64,000 nucleotides of DNA from a virus. Below, in pieces: positions 40,373 through 49,830 of the stretch. A program made the position numbers and the translations under genes. Numbering within the stretch: the stretch's first letter is position 1; each line of letters starts with the position of its first letter. Where the stretch lies: positions 54,696-118,695 of IMG/VR virus record IMGVR_UViG_3300022930_000001. One strand, 5' to 3'. The notes under the pieces are model-generated. The model ran no database searches. It was not told the origin of the DNA and saw only the letters and a list, made by a program, of their open reading frames with translations.

Positions 40373-41580
40373 TATTTATACATTATATCTGTTAATCCTT
40401 CATTTTCAGTAATAAGGAATGCTGTCATTTTACCTTTACTAAGTGTATATCCATTTTCATCATCCCAATTAGATATTGCTTTAGACGTTTGTGCGAGACG
40501 ATAATAGGTTATTCCACCAATAGTTTTAGAAAGTTCTGTATGTAAATCACCTGCAAATATATAATGATTATCACAAAGAGAAAATTCTTTAAATTCCATA
40601 GGAAAATTTGTAGCTAATACTTCTGGTTTTTGTTTATACCCATGACTAAAAGCTAATGCCGTATTAGAATATTTAATATACTTTGTAAATTTAGGATCAG
40701 TAGTTATTGAAATATTTGGTTGATTTCTGTAATAAGCTTGAAGCCATTTTACCAAATTCCATCCTACATATTGATCGTGATTGCCCGGAACATAAAGAAT
40801 ATCTACATTAGAAGCTGTAGAAGCTAAAAAGTCAATTATAGTTAATTCATGATTACATATTGCTTCAAAACTTTTATGATAATCTGTAGTATTAGTTTGT
40901 GGTGTGCCATGAGTAGTGAAACCTGTATGTTCACTATTAAAAGCATCACTACCAATTATATAAACAATACGTTCAAGATTAATTGTGCCTATTGTTTTTC
41001 TTACAAAATATTCAATTTTATTCTGAGCATCTTTAAAACGATCTTCTATATTATTATTACCGCGTACATCATATTTATTCCAATGAGCATCTTGGGCGTT
41101 AATAATAAGACAGGCATTAAGATTTTCTCTACTATAAGATTTCCTCAAATAAGTGTTATCCTTAATTGTGGGTTTGTAAGTTCTAAGAAATTCAGTAAAA
41201 GATTCTTGTATATACTCTGCAGTATCTTTTTTTATTGCTTTAAAACAAGCAGATACTTGAAAACCTTTTGACTTTTGCTTACTCCAATATTGACTTAAAG
41301 TATATTCTTTAGAATCTATATTATGTGATTTTACTATTTCTTCTGTTGTTGGTTCTTTTTTCCAATAACCATTTATTTCTATTTCACCTTTTTCAATATT
41401 AAGGCGTTTGGTATTAAAAGTTTCTTGATTATCTATATTTGTATTTTTATTATGAATTTCGTTAAGCATATCCGTAATTTCTGCAACAGTGGTATTAAGA
41501 CGTTTTGCATAATACTCTTTAGATTGTTTTCTTGATAACAAAGATTTTAATTCATTAACAAGTTGATTTCTATTTTGCAT
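40372..41580 (-). CDS. Calcineurin-like metallophosphoesterase with N-terminal HTH-like region
   Basis: DAH, GSD, GNHD, HG and GDLH metal-binding motifs in order. Confidence 0.85.
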   Translation of the reverse strand: MQNRNQLVNELKSLLSRKQSKEYYAKRLNTTVAEITDMLNEIHNKNTNIDNQETFNTKRLNIEKGEIEINGYWKKEPTTEEIVKSHNIDSKEYTLSQYWSKQKSKGFQVSACFKAIKKDTAEYIQESFTEFLRTYKPTIKDNTYLRKSYSRENLNACLIINAQDAHWNKYDVRGNNNIEDRFKDAQNKIEYFVRKTIGTINLERIVYIIGSDAFNSEHTGFTTHGTPQTNTTDYHKSFEAICNHELTIIDFLASTASNVDILYVPGNHDQYVGWNLVKWLQAYYRNQPNISITTDPKFTKYIKYSNTALAFSHGYKQKPEVLATNFPMEFKEFSLCDNHYIFAGDLHTELSKTIGGITYYRLAQTSKAISNWDDENGYTLSKGKMTAFLITENEGLTDIMYK

Positions 41581-41608
41581 TTATAATTTTTTATGTTAGA
41601 TAATATTA

Positions 41609-41640
41609 CAAAGGTATACTAAAATTTTGGAATTACCAAA
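41609..41640 (-). promoter_or_regulatory. Bacteroidota-type sigma70 promoter embedded in a long inverted repeat
   Basis: TACCTTTG (41609-41616) and TTTG (41637-41640), 20-nt spacer; inverted repeat spans 41612-41656. Confidence 0.75.
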
Positions 41641-41679
41641 TATTTTTAGTATACCTCCTATTTTAACTAATATATATAA

Positions 41680-41985
41680 TTAAATATTAGTTTTGTTTTC
41701 CTCTATTTTAGGATCTACTTGTTTAGATGCTTCAATATTTATAGAAGCATTATCTTGTGTTTGAATACTATTTGCAGAATTTGATTTTTTAGCAGCACTA
41801 TTACCCCAATAATATCCTGAAATAAGCATTACAATACCAAATATACCTTGAGTTATTTGTGTTTGTATTGATTCTGTTCCTTTAAATACTCCTGAGGCAG
41901 CACAAAAGAAAAAACTTATTCCTCCAAGTGTCCATATAATAGCTAAAGATGCTTCTAAAGGATTTATTTTGTTTAAATTATCCAT
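41680..41985 (-). CDS. Putative holin (two TM helices)
   Basis: Two TM segments followed by GYYWGNS, a holin-like motif. Confidence 0.65.
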   Translation of the reverse strand: MDNLNKINPLEASLAIIWTLGGISFFFCAASGVFKGTESIQTQITQGIFGIVMLISGYYWGNSAAKKSNSANSIQTQDNASINIEASKQVDPKIEENKTNI

Positions 41986-41999
41986 TTTAAATTATTTTA

Positions 42000-42031
42000 A
42001 AAGTTAAAGGGTAGCCAACTGACTACCCCTT
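42000..42031 (-). terminator. Intrinsic terminator
   Basis: Minus strand GGGGTAGTC-AGTT-GGCTACCCT followed by TTAACTTTT. Confidence 0.75.
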
Positions 42032-42066
42032 TTTTGAATGGAAAACCACTAAACCATTCAAGAATA

Positions 42067-43893
42067 TTAAGGAACTACAATACTTCCTGTAGTACATAAT
42101 GCATTTAATTGGCTTGCATCATTAGAATATAATGTAACACCATTAATAAGTGTACCATATCTCCATTTAATAGTATAAGTGCCGGAGCTAACATTTGTAA
42201 ATTTTGCAATAGGATTAATACCTGTTGCAATTATTGTTGCTGTCAATGTAGGCCCAGTGCTATTCCATAATTGATATTCTACAGTATCTATAGTAGACAA
42301 CGGTGCTTGCTGAATAGAAACGGTACTACCTACTACTGCGTGTGATTCATTAGCACAATCATAAATTATCATTTCATAAATATTACTTGTTCCAACTCCA
42401 CCACCAGAACAAACACTATCAATTGCAAATTGATATACAGTATTAAGATTCAGATTTTCTACAGTTGCAGTTGTTTCTGAATTTGTTTGTGGATTTGGAG
42501 CATCTACATTAGGTGTAAGTAACCAAGTAGAAGTATTTCTTTCACGATATTTAACATTTTGACTTGTTGCAGTACCTGAAGCAGTCCAAGTTAAATCAAA
42601 ATCAGAACTAGATATTACAACAGATAAATTTGAAGGAGCAGTACATGAACCACCATCTGTTTGATTAACTAATGATTGAAATAATGTAAATATTTCAGGA
42701 TTTGTACTAATATAATTTATTATTGCTGGAATTAATACATCAGGATCTAATCCCGGAGATATACTTAAAGTACTATTATCAGTAGCAATAATAGGGATAT
42801 TACTTAAACCCCAATTAGAATTACCTGCACCAAGTATTTTAGATGATAAATAATTAGCATCAGTGTCAGAAACATTTATTGCAACTTTATTATTATTTGG
42901 TTGTAAATTAACAATAGTTAGTTGACCGGGATTATCACTTGTATTTACTTCAATTGTTGTACCATCTCCAACAATTTTATTGTCTAAAAAATCTGCATCT
43001 GTATACAAATCTGTAGATAATGCAGATTTATAATATTGAAGATAGGCAGTATCCATTGCAACTTTATATCCTTGATATGTTGAGCCTATGGTAGTTCTAG
43101 TGATACCCGCACCAATACCAATAATACCATTAGTTAATAGATAATTAACACTAGTAATTGTATTTTGTATTGTACCTTCAAGATCTGTTGCAGAAGAAAC
43201 ACCCCCAAATGTTATATTTGTATAATCAAAAGTTGGTAAATCACATACATAAGCTATAAGTAAATCAATTGTTTCACCTGCTGTATCGGTACTTGTTCCT
43301 GATAAACAATTACTGTCATTATCAAAAGTACCTATTAAAGGCTCTTTACCATCAATTTCGGTATCTTGTGATAGTTCATATGCAATGAGCGTATTAAAGG
43401 CAGCAACCGTACTTGTAGCCACACTAGCACCGATATTTGCCCAGTTAGCACTATTTGGTTTTATAGAATTTATAATATTTGTAAATCCTGTAAATTGTTT
43501 AGCATATACCTGTGATATAGTATCGGTATTAACAATACTAAATGCTGCATAAGTTAATCCGGGTTCTTGTAAATCTGTTATTGCAGTTGTAAATATAGAT
43601 TGATCTGAAGGATACTGTGTTCCTACAAAAGTATCGTATTCATCTTTATTATCACAAACTATTTTACTAATACCTTCAGCAAAATTCTGAGTATTTGTAG
43701 GATGAGAAACTCCATTAGTTTGAGTTATACAATATAGATTATATCCTGAATAATTAGGAGCACTACTACTTGAATTAATTGCAGTATTTATTTTTCCTAA
43801 TATTGTTTGCAGATTATCATTATCTGTTCCTACAACATTTATATAAGGAAGGTTTGTACCTGTATATATAACAAATTTACTATCTGTGGCCAT
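42067..43893 (-). CDS. Tail appendage protein with fibronectin-III-like domain(s)
   Basis: CTAPSNLSV...LTW...VKYR...L..NTVYQF.I FN3 pattern near the C-terminus. Confidence 0.7.
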   Translation of the reverse strand: MATDSKFVIYTGTNLPYINVVGTDNDNLQTILGKINTAINSSSSAPNYSGYNLYCITQTNGVSHPTNTQNFAEGISKIVCDNKDEYDTFVGTQYPSDQSIFTTAITDLQEPGLTYAAFSIVNTDTISQVYAKQFTGFTNIINSIKPNSANWANIGASVATSTVAAFNTLIAYELSQDTEIDGKEPLIGTFDNDSNCLSGTSTDTAGETIDLLIAYVCDLPTFDYTNITFGGVSSATDLEGTIQNTITSVNYLLTNGIIGIGAGITRTTIGSTYQGYKVAMDTAYLQYYKSALSTDLYTDADFLDNKIVGDGTTIEVNTSDNPGQLTIVNLQPNNNKVAINVSDTDANYLSSKILGAGNSNWGLSNIPIIATDNSTLSISPGLDPDVLIPAIINYISTNPEIFTLFQSLVNQTDGGSCTAPSNLSVVISSSDFDLTWTASGTATSQNVKYRERNTSTWLLTPNVDAPNPQTNSETTATVENLNLNTVYQFAIDSVCSGGGVGTSNIYEMIIYDCANESHAVVGSTVSIQQAPLSTIDTVEYQLWNSTGPTLTATIIATGINPIAKFTNVSSGTYTIKWRYGTLINGVTLYSNDASQLNALCTTGSIVVP

Positions 43894-44312
43894 TATTTTA
43901 ATTTAAAATTTATTGTAGGATCAATAATAAAATAGGGCATAAATGCACTAGATTTATTTGAAAGTATTCTTGTTCCTTCGGGAGGATTACAATCAACACA
44001 ATTTTTAGTATTTGTATTTAGTATAAAACTTATTGGTAAAGTATTATTTGTACAATCTTCACAAGGAGTTGGTTCTACAGGTTCATCACATACACAAGGT
44101 AAACATGGTATAGTTGGACTATTTAATGATTCTCTATAACTACATGCTTTATTTATAGGACAACAACCAAGACCATTATAATAAGTTCCATCTGGACAAC
44201 ATACATCACAAGCTATTGGAGCAGTTGTTTGATAATTTAAACCAATACAATTATCATTTTTACTATCATAAGTATATCCTTCAGGACAGCAAGTAAATCC
44301 GGGTATAGCCAT
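43893..44312 (-). CDS. Cysteine-rich protein
   Basis: 16 Cys in 139 aa, repeated CCPxG motif. Confidence 0.7.
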   Translation of the reverse strand: MAIPGFTCCPEGYTYDSKNDNCIGLNYQTTAPIACDVCCPDGTYYNGLGCCPINKACSYRESLNSPTIPCLPCVCDEPVEPTPCEDCTNNTLPISFILNTNTKNCVDCNPPEGTRILSNKSSAFMPYFIIDPTINFKLK

Positions 44313-45472
44313 TATGAAATTCTTTGTATATAGTATAATGCTCTATAAGGCATTCTATTTTCGTGTTTTGAACCACCACCTGCAATATTACCAGTTATTG
44401 CAACACTTTCAATACTTGTACGTCCATCAAACCATACTTCAACATTATTTGCAGTACCTGCACAGTTTGTTGCAACACCCGGAAATCCAGGTACAGATGT
44501 ACAAACATCTAATACAAAACTTGCATTACTTCCTGCACCATTAGTACTTGTATTTACAGAAACACCTCTTACTCTATGACTATGATTACCTGTTCCTGAA
44601 AAAGGTACTGTAGGTATCTCTGAATTTAAAAGAGTATGAAAATATTCTCCACCTATAGAATTAATAGGCATTGTAAGTGGTGGTGGTATTGGTGCAGTAC
44701 CCACCATATCTGTTGTTCCTAGAGGAACTAAGCCAATCATATTAACTGTACCATTATTACCATTGCATAAAGCCCAACCACAAGCACCTGATCCTGAAAT
44801 ACCTAATCCACTAGGATCAAATACAGATAAAGAACCTCCATAAGGCATTATTGAACCTATTGGGGCAAATCCTTTAAATGCGATAGAAGCTGTTGCTCCT
44901 GACCCTGTTTTAATAACATTTTGAGTTCCAGTGCAACTTGTTATTGCATTAAGTAAAAAATTACCTATTGTTGTATTTAAAGTAGATGTAATTGTATTAA
45001 CAGTTGTTTCTAAAGTAGAAACTCTTGTTTGTAATTTACAAAATTCAGTAATTAAAGACTGTATAATTACTTTAAGTGTAGAATTAGTTGCTATTGGAAG
45101 ACATCCTGTATTATACGGCCCTATTAATAGATCATTTACTGCCGTTTGTAATTCTGTGATATCAGTATATAATGTACACAAAGATTCAAAAATGATTTCC
45201 ATAAGACATGGTAAATCATCACAGCCTTCGCAACAAGTAACATGATCAACAAATAAAGCACAAGCTTTTAGATCTATATTAGGAATTGTTATACCTGTAC
45301 CAGTAGAATAATCTATTATTTTTTGAAGCACAATTGCTTCTATTTCTTTCAATGTATCACCCGTACAAATACCTAATGCAGGTATTGGATCTCCAGTATA
45401 TTTAACTCCAAAATCAGGTGTTAATTTTTGAAAATAACCATTTGATGAATTTGTTACACAGCCTGAACCCAT
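44312..45472 (-). CDS. Tail fibre/collar-domain protein
   Basis: Coiled coil followed by PIGSIMPY, GWALCNG.NGT, GGE..HTL...EIP and HENRMPYRALYYI collar-domain motifs. Confidence 0.8.
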   Translation of the reverse strand: MGSGCVTNSSNGYFQKLTPDFGVKYTGDPIPALGICTGDTLKEIEAIVLQKIIDYSTGTGITIPNIDLKACALFVDHVTCCEGCDDLPCLMEIIFESLCTLYTDITELQTAVNDLLIGPYNTGCLPIATNSTLKVIIQSLITEFCKLQTRVSTLETTVNTITSTLNTTIGNFLLNAITSCTGTQNVIKTGSGATASIAFKGFAPIGSIMPYGGSLSVFDPSGLGISGSGACGWALCNGNNGTVNMIGLVPLGTTDMVGTAPIPPPLTMPINSIGGEYFHTLLNSEIPTVPFSGTGNHSHRVRGVSVNTSTNGAGSNASFVLDVCTSVPGFPGVATNCAGTANNVEVWFDGRTSIESVAITGNIAGGGSKHENRMPYRALYYIQRIS

Positions 45473-45744
45473 TATCGTAGTAGTTTTTTAATTTTTGAAA
45501 CTATTTTTATTAGCCATGCATCATCTAAACAATTACATCCTAATAATTTAGTTAAAAGTATTTCTTTATAAATACATAAATCTTCATAAGCTGAAATATC
45601 TAATTCCGATTCTTGTCCAAGTCTTATACAATTATATTCATAATATGCAAAACTTAATATTTTAGAATCAATATCTTTTAATAGTTTATTTAAACTATCA
45701 TTAGAAGAATAATTATTAACAACTTGAGAAGATATACTGTACAT
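45472..45744 (-). CDS. Putative tail hub-associated protein
   Basis: 90 aa helical, TAATG-coupled within the tail module. Confidence 0.55.
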   Translation of the reverse strand: MYSISSQVVNNYSSNDSLNKLLKDIDSKILSFAYYEYNCIRLGQESELDISAYEDLCIYKEILLTKLLGCNCLDDAWLIKIVSKIKKLLR

Positions 45745-45857
45745 TATGATTTCTTTAATTTAGCTGCACATGAAGGACATTTACCTCCAATCAACTTACA
45801 TTTTTTCATTTTTACTTCACATTCTGGAGTAGAACATTTTGTTACTGCACAAGACAT
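45744..45857 (-). CDS. Tiny Cys/Lys-rich protein (37 aa, absent from the ORF track)
   Basis: MSCAVTKCSTPECEVKMKKCKLIGGKCPSCAAKLKKS*; A-rich leader and TAATG overlap. Confidence 0.7.
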   Translation of the reverse strand: MSCAVTKCSTPECEVKMKKCKLIGGKCPSCAAKLKKS

Positions 45858-45869
45858 AATTATTTAATT

Positions 45870-46493
45870 TTAACGTGAACAACTAGAACATGATCCAGAT
45901 GTAACACATGGTGAACATTGATTACATGTTGTAGCAGGTAAACCAAATTTACAACATATATTATTTAACATATTTTCAGCCTTTTGATAAAGCTTATAAG
46001 CAAGATAATTATTACAATCATTTGCCGCAGCTACAGAACCATTTATTAGTAAATCAATCTTTTTTAGTTCTTCTTTATATCTACGTTGTTCGTGATTATG
46101 ACAATCACATTCCAAATCAACTTTTAGAAAAGCTTTTTGATAAGAACATTTTAAATTATCTACTCGTATAAATGTTTTTTCTATAGATGCAATTATAGAT
46201 GTTTGATTTGGATCGGGTATTACAGAATAGATAACATCATAAATACCATCAGGTAAAGGACAGCACTCACTAAGTGGACATTCTATTCCTAAATCAATAC
46301 ATTTATAAACATTTACTACACCTGCAGTAAATGGTACATTAATCATATCATAACCCGGAGGAGTAATTTGTAAAGCTAAATTTGATCCTGAAGGAATTAT
46401 TGCATAAGTACTTAAATCTACAATTCCTAAAGAAGTAATATCTCTAAAATCATGTACTTGAATATCAAGAATTGGGGGTGTAGATATAATCAT
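45870..46493 (-). CDS. Putative tail hub protein, Cys-rich
   Basis: LPDGIY motif and Cys-rich C-terminus; crAss gene order. Confidence 0.55.
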   Translation of the reverse strand: MIISTPPILDIQVHDFRDITSLGIVDLSTYAIIPSGSNLALQITPPGYDMINVPFTAGVVNVYKCIDLGIECPLSECCPLPDGIYDVIYSVIPDPNQTSIIASIEKTFIRVDNLKCSYQKAFLKVDLECDCHNHEQRRYKEELKKIDLLINGSVAAANDCNNYLAYKLYQKAENMLNNICCKFGLPATTCNQCSPCVTSGSCSSCSR

Positions 46494-46951
46494 TATTTTT
46501 TAATATAAAAGTTAAATTCTTTTTCTCTTCTTATAACTAAACCTTTAGTTATTTTACCACCTGATTTATTCCATCGATACCAAGCTTCTTTAATATTTTC
46601 TATACTGTCCTTAGCGTTGATTCTTTTTAATACTGTAGAATCAAGAAATGCCTGATTACCAATATTATAAACTAGAGATCCTATAGCATCAATTTGATTT
46701 TGAGTTTGTGGAACTTTTAATCCTTTATTTAAAGCGGGTAATGTTATTTTAGTAGCATGATCTAAAGCATATTGTTTTGCTTGTTCCCTAGTAATAGGTT
46801 TATCTTGCATTGTAACTTTTTTACCATTAGGATAAACAATTGTTCCTACACCTATTGTGGGAACTCCCGCAGTATCTAGATATGGATTTAATTTTAATCC
46901 TTCAAATTCTACAAGCAGATTAAATAATGTATCTGAAAATGTATAAGTCAT
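46493..46951 (-). CDS. Lysozyme/endolysin, GH24 family
   Basis: FEG...PY.D..GVPTIG.G (E-x8-D-x5-T triad), Q.DA..S..YNIG and GLV.RR..E. Confidence 0.93.
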   Translation of the reverse strand: MTYTFSDTLFNLLVEFEGLKLNPYLDTAGVPTIGVGTIVYPNGKKVTMQDKPITREQAKQYALDHATKITLPALNKGLKVPQTQNQIDAIGSLVYNIGNQAFLDSTVLKRINAKDSIENIKEAWYRWNKSGGKITKGLVIRREKEFNFYIKK

Positions 46952-46963
46952 AGTTTTAAAATT

Positions 46964-46997
46964 AAAAAAGGAGATAGGAAGTTTAAACCTATCTCCC
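46964..46997 (-). terminator. Intrinsic terminator after the capsid operon
   Basis: GGAGATAGG/CCTATCTCC stem followed by T6 on the minus strand. Confidence 0.85.
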
Positions 46998-47022
46998 TTA
47001 GAGGTTAAAGATATTATATTTA

Positions 47023-48060
47023 TTATGATTCGTCTATTGGAGAACCAAGGAATGCAATAAGTACTGCAATTGTTCCGGCATTCTGCCCTGTAGGATTAAG
47101 AATTATACAAGCAGAATCCTGAGGTACAACAGGGTTATTAGAATTATTAACCAAATCTTTAAATTTCAAATAATAGAAATCATAAAAAGTATTAGTTATA
47201 ACCTGTGACAAATATGCGCCATTAAAGTTAACATCTGACCAAAGTACTCGTGCTATAGGGGCAGTATTATAAGAATTATAATCTCTTTCTATTTTAAGTG
47301 CTTCAAGATAACTACCACGAAGATAATCTGCATCCTGAGTAGTTGTTACTGTTGCAAATGGATCACATGAATCCCAAACATTGTAATCCTGAGATGTAGC
47401 CGGGCCTTTATAAGCAAATGCCCAGAAGTAAAGCCTATCATACTGGAAAGGAAAGTTAGTAGGATCTGCAGTCAATGGTTCAGCAGCAAGAGTCTTACCT
47501 GTAAGACGAAGAGTTGTATCTCCAACATTAGAAGCAGTAAGATAATTACCTGCACCATTAATAAGTAGATCTGCATTTATTTTAGCTACAAACTGATCAA
47601 TAAGATCTCCAACATCAGTAGTAGTACAAGGATTATCTCCACAATCGCAACAAGGAGTTGTAATTGTATATGATTTTGTAAGACCATTAAAATATGCAGT
47701 GTCTATATAGAATGACCTAAGACGAACACTGATTGTAACATCTTCACCACAAACTGCAGAGAAATTAGTTATATCTATAATCTGAGGAGTTGCACTATTT
47801 ACCGCAGACACAGAATACCATTCTACAACACGATCAAGAGCTATTTTATCAGATTTCTTAGATCCAACACCCGGTAGTGCCTGAGGACGACCCTGAGCCA
47901 AAAATATCCAAGGCTGAGAAGCAACAGTAAGTGCTGTAGCCGGAGTGTAATCAGGTTTGAATATACCAAACTGATTAGCTGTCAGATTAGCAGTACTACC
48001 AGTAGTAGGTAGAGTGTTAGAAGCTGGCAGTATAAAGACGGTTGTTTTACTATAATCCAT
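47023..48060 (-). CDS. Auxiliary capsid/structural protein
   Basis: 345 aa with apparent high-expression codon usage like the MCP; position matches crAss capsid modules. Confidence 0.65.
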   Translation of the reverse strand: MDYSKTTVFILPASNTLPTTGSTANLTANQFGIFKPDYTPATALTVASQPWIFLAQGRPQALPGVGSKKSDKIALDRVVEWYSVSAVNSATPQIIDITNFSAVCGEDVTISVRLRSFYIDTAYFNGLTKSYTITTPCCDCGDNPCTTTDVGDLIDQFVAKINADLLINGAGNYLTASNVGDTTLRLTGKTLAAEPLTADPTNFPFQYDRLYFWAFAYKGPATSQDYNVWDSCDPFATVTTTQDADYLRGSYLEALKIERDYNSYNTAPIARVLWSDVNFNGAYLSQVITNTFYDFYYLKFKDLVNNSNNPVVPQDSACIILNPTGQNAGTIAVLIAFLGSPIDES

Positions 48061-48094
48061 TTTTATTTATTTTATTTTTAATTTTAATTATTTA

Positions 48095-48814
48095 TTATTC
48101 GGCATTTTTACTTCTAATCTGATCGTATTGTACTACTGGAACATTCTCTGTATCCATACCTAATTCAACTATCGCTAATCTAAGTAATTCATCTTCTAGA
48201 TAAGCTTCTAATTCACAATCTTGATCTATTGACATTGTACCATCAAAATCTTCATAGCCGGCAACATCTATTTTTTGTGGATATCTTAGATATGATAAAC
48301 CTAAACTATTTACAGTAAAAGTTCCATCAGTATATATTATATAATCATTTCCAGATATTACACAAAATGTTTCTTGCCATTCAAAAGAAGGAGTATAATG
48401 AGTGTTATACATTAGAGTTGTTAAATCTCCATGCTTTATAGGTCTTAATATTGGAATTAATCTATTTTTACATTCATCCTTACTACAAATCGCATAAGCA
48501 TCAATAGGTAAAAAGTATTTTTTATTTGTTGTATTTAAATCAGCTTTAAATGCAGGATATGCAGAAGTATCGGGAATCACATTTAATGTTTCAAATTGAA
48601 CTATTAAATTTTGTAAATCTTGATATCTTTTTTTAAATCCGTCTAAACCTAACCCATAAAGATTATTAATATCTATCTTATTTTTAATTAAGGCTATTTG
48701 TGCCTCATTTAAAGCTAGTATTTTATCTTCCTTAGGTATACTCTGGTGTTCTAATGAAGTCTTCTTATTGAGCTTCATATCGAGTTTATAGAGTAGTTTT
48801 GCGGTTGAGATCAT
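48095..48814 (-). CDS. Tail ring/head-tail adaptor protein
   Basis: LNEAQ, DLQNLI, YLRYP and CEL motifs; crAss gene order. Confidence 0.65.
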   Translation of the reverse strand: MISTAKLLYKLDMKLNKKTSLEHQSIPKEDKILALNEAQIALIKNKIDINNLYGLGLDGFKKRYQDLQNLIVQFETLNVIPDTSAYPAFKADLNTTNKKYFLPIDAYAICSKDECKNRLIPILRPIKHGDLTTLMYNTHYTPSFEWQETFCVISGNDYIIYTDGTFTVNSLGLSYLRYPQKIDVAGYEDFDGTMSIDQDCELEAYLEDELLRLAIVELGMDTENVPVVQYDQIRSKNAE

Positions 48815-49797
48815 TAGGATATATCTATTACTTTAGCTTCTTTAATCTTTTTCTTAAGTGCAAGATAGTCATCTTGGTTTTTACTATTTGTAAAATATTC
48901 TATTGCTTCATCTTCTGTATCTGCAACAAGAACTTCACCTTCTAGTATTTTACCGTTCTTACCTCTACGGAATATATTAAAATCAAGTGCTTCCTTTATA
49001 TTAAAGCGAATTTCAATATTTTCATCTGCCATTGCAGAGATATTATTAAAGTTCTTAACATTTGAAAGCATCTTTGTATTCTTAGAAGAAGCTTCCTTAA
49101 TATATTTGTTAAGTGTATTATATACTACTGATGGCTTTGTATTATAAGAAAGTGGTAAATTAAGCAATTTAGCTATTTTAAGCTGCCTTGTAGGTGTCAT
49201 TGCATCCAAAGCACTTATTGCGCTATTGATTGCAAGATTTTCCTTATAAGCTACTTCTGATTCGTATTCTTCATCATCTACAAAAAATGCACACTGTGAA
49301 ATTTTAGGACAACGACTATTCGATATACCACGTTCCCATGCTGAGTAATTAGGTGCTATTTCAGGATGTACTCGTAGCCATGCATATGTTATTGCGCTAT
49401 CTACATCTGCAAGATTAAATGTATTGCCATGTGGATCATCTACAAGTTTAACATATGAAGCTGTTTTAATTCCTTCGGCTTCTGCCCTAAACATTTTTGT
49501 ATAATAATCAGACCTAGATGATAAATCTAAACCACTTATTTGTTCAAGTTCTTCTTTAAGAGCACGTACACGTTCTTTTTCCATTATCTGATCTTCTTTT
49601 GGAAGACCTTTAATATAAAGTGCATTTTCATCTAGTCCTGTACGATATTCACCATTTCTTTCTTTGTGTGGAGTTTTAATATCAAATGTACCCGGAAAAC
49701 GAGTATAACCTTGTGCTGCTAATGAGCTTGCTAATGATTGTCCATGTTCAGTAGAATACTGTTTCTTAATTGGACTTATCTTTCCTATTAATGCCAT
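48814..49797 (-). CDS. Conserved capsid-module protein (gene after MCP)
   Basis: 327 aa; YRTGLD and AWLRVHP motifs; directly downstream of the MCP. Confidence 0.7.
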   Translation of the reverse strand: MALIGKISPIKKQYSTEHGQSLASSLAAQGYTRFPGTFDIKTPHKERNGEYRTGLDENALYIKGLPKEDQIMEKERVRALKEELEQISGLDLSSRSDYYTKMFRAEAEGIKTASYVKLVDDPHGNTFNLADVDSAITYAWLRVHPEIAPNYSAWERGISNSRCPKISQCAFFVDDEEYESEVAYKENLAINSAISALDAMTPTRQLKIAKLLNLPLSYNTKPSVVYNTLNKYIKEASSKNTKMLSNVKNFNNISAMADENIEIRFNIKEALDFNIFRRGKNGKILEGEVLVADTEDEAIEYFTNSKNQDDYLALKKKIKEAKVIDIS

Positions 49798-49830
49798 CGT
49801 TGTAGTTGTTTAATTCTTGGTTTTTAATTT

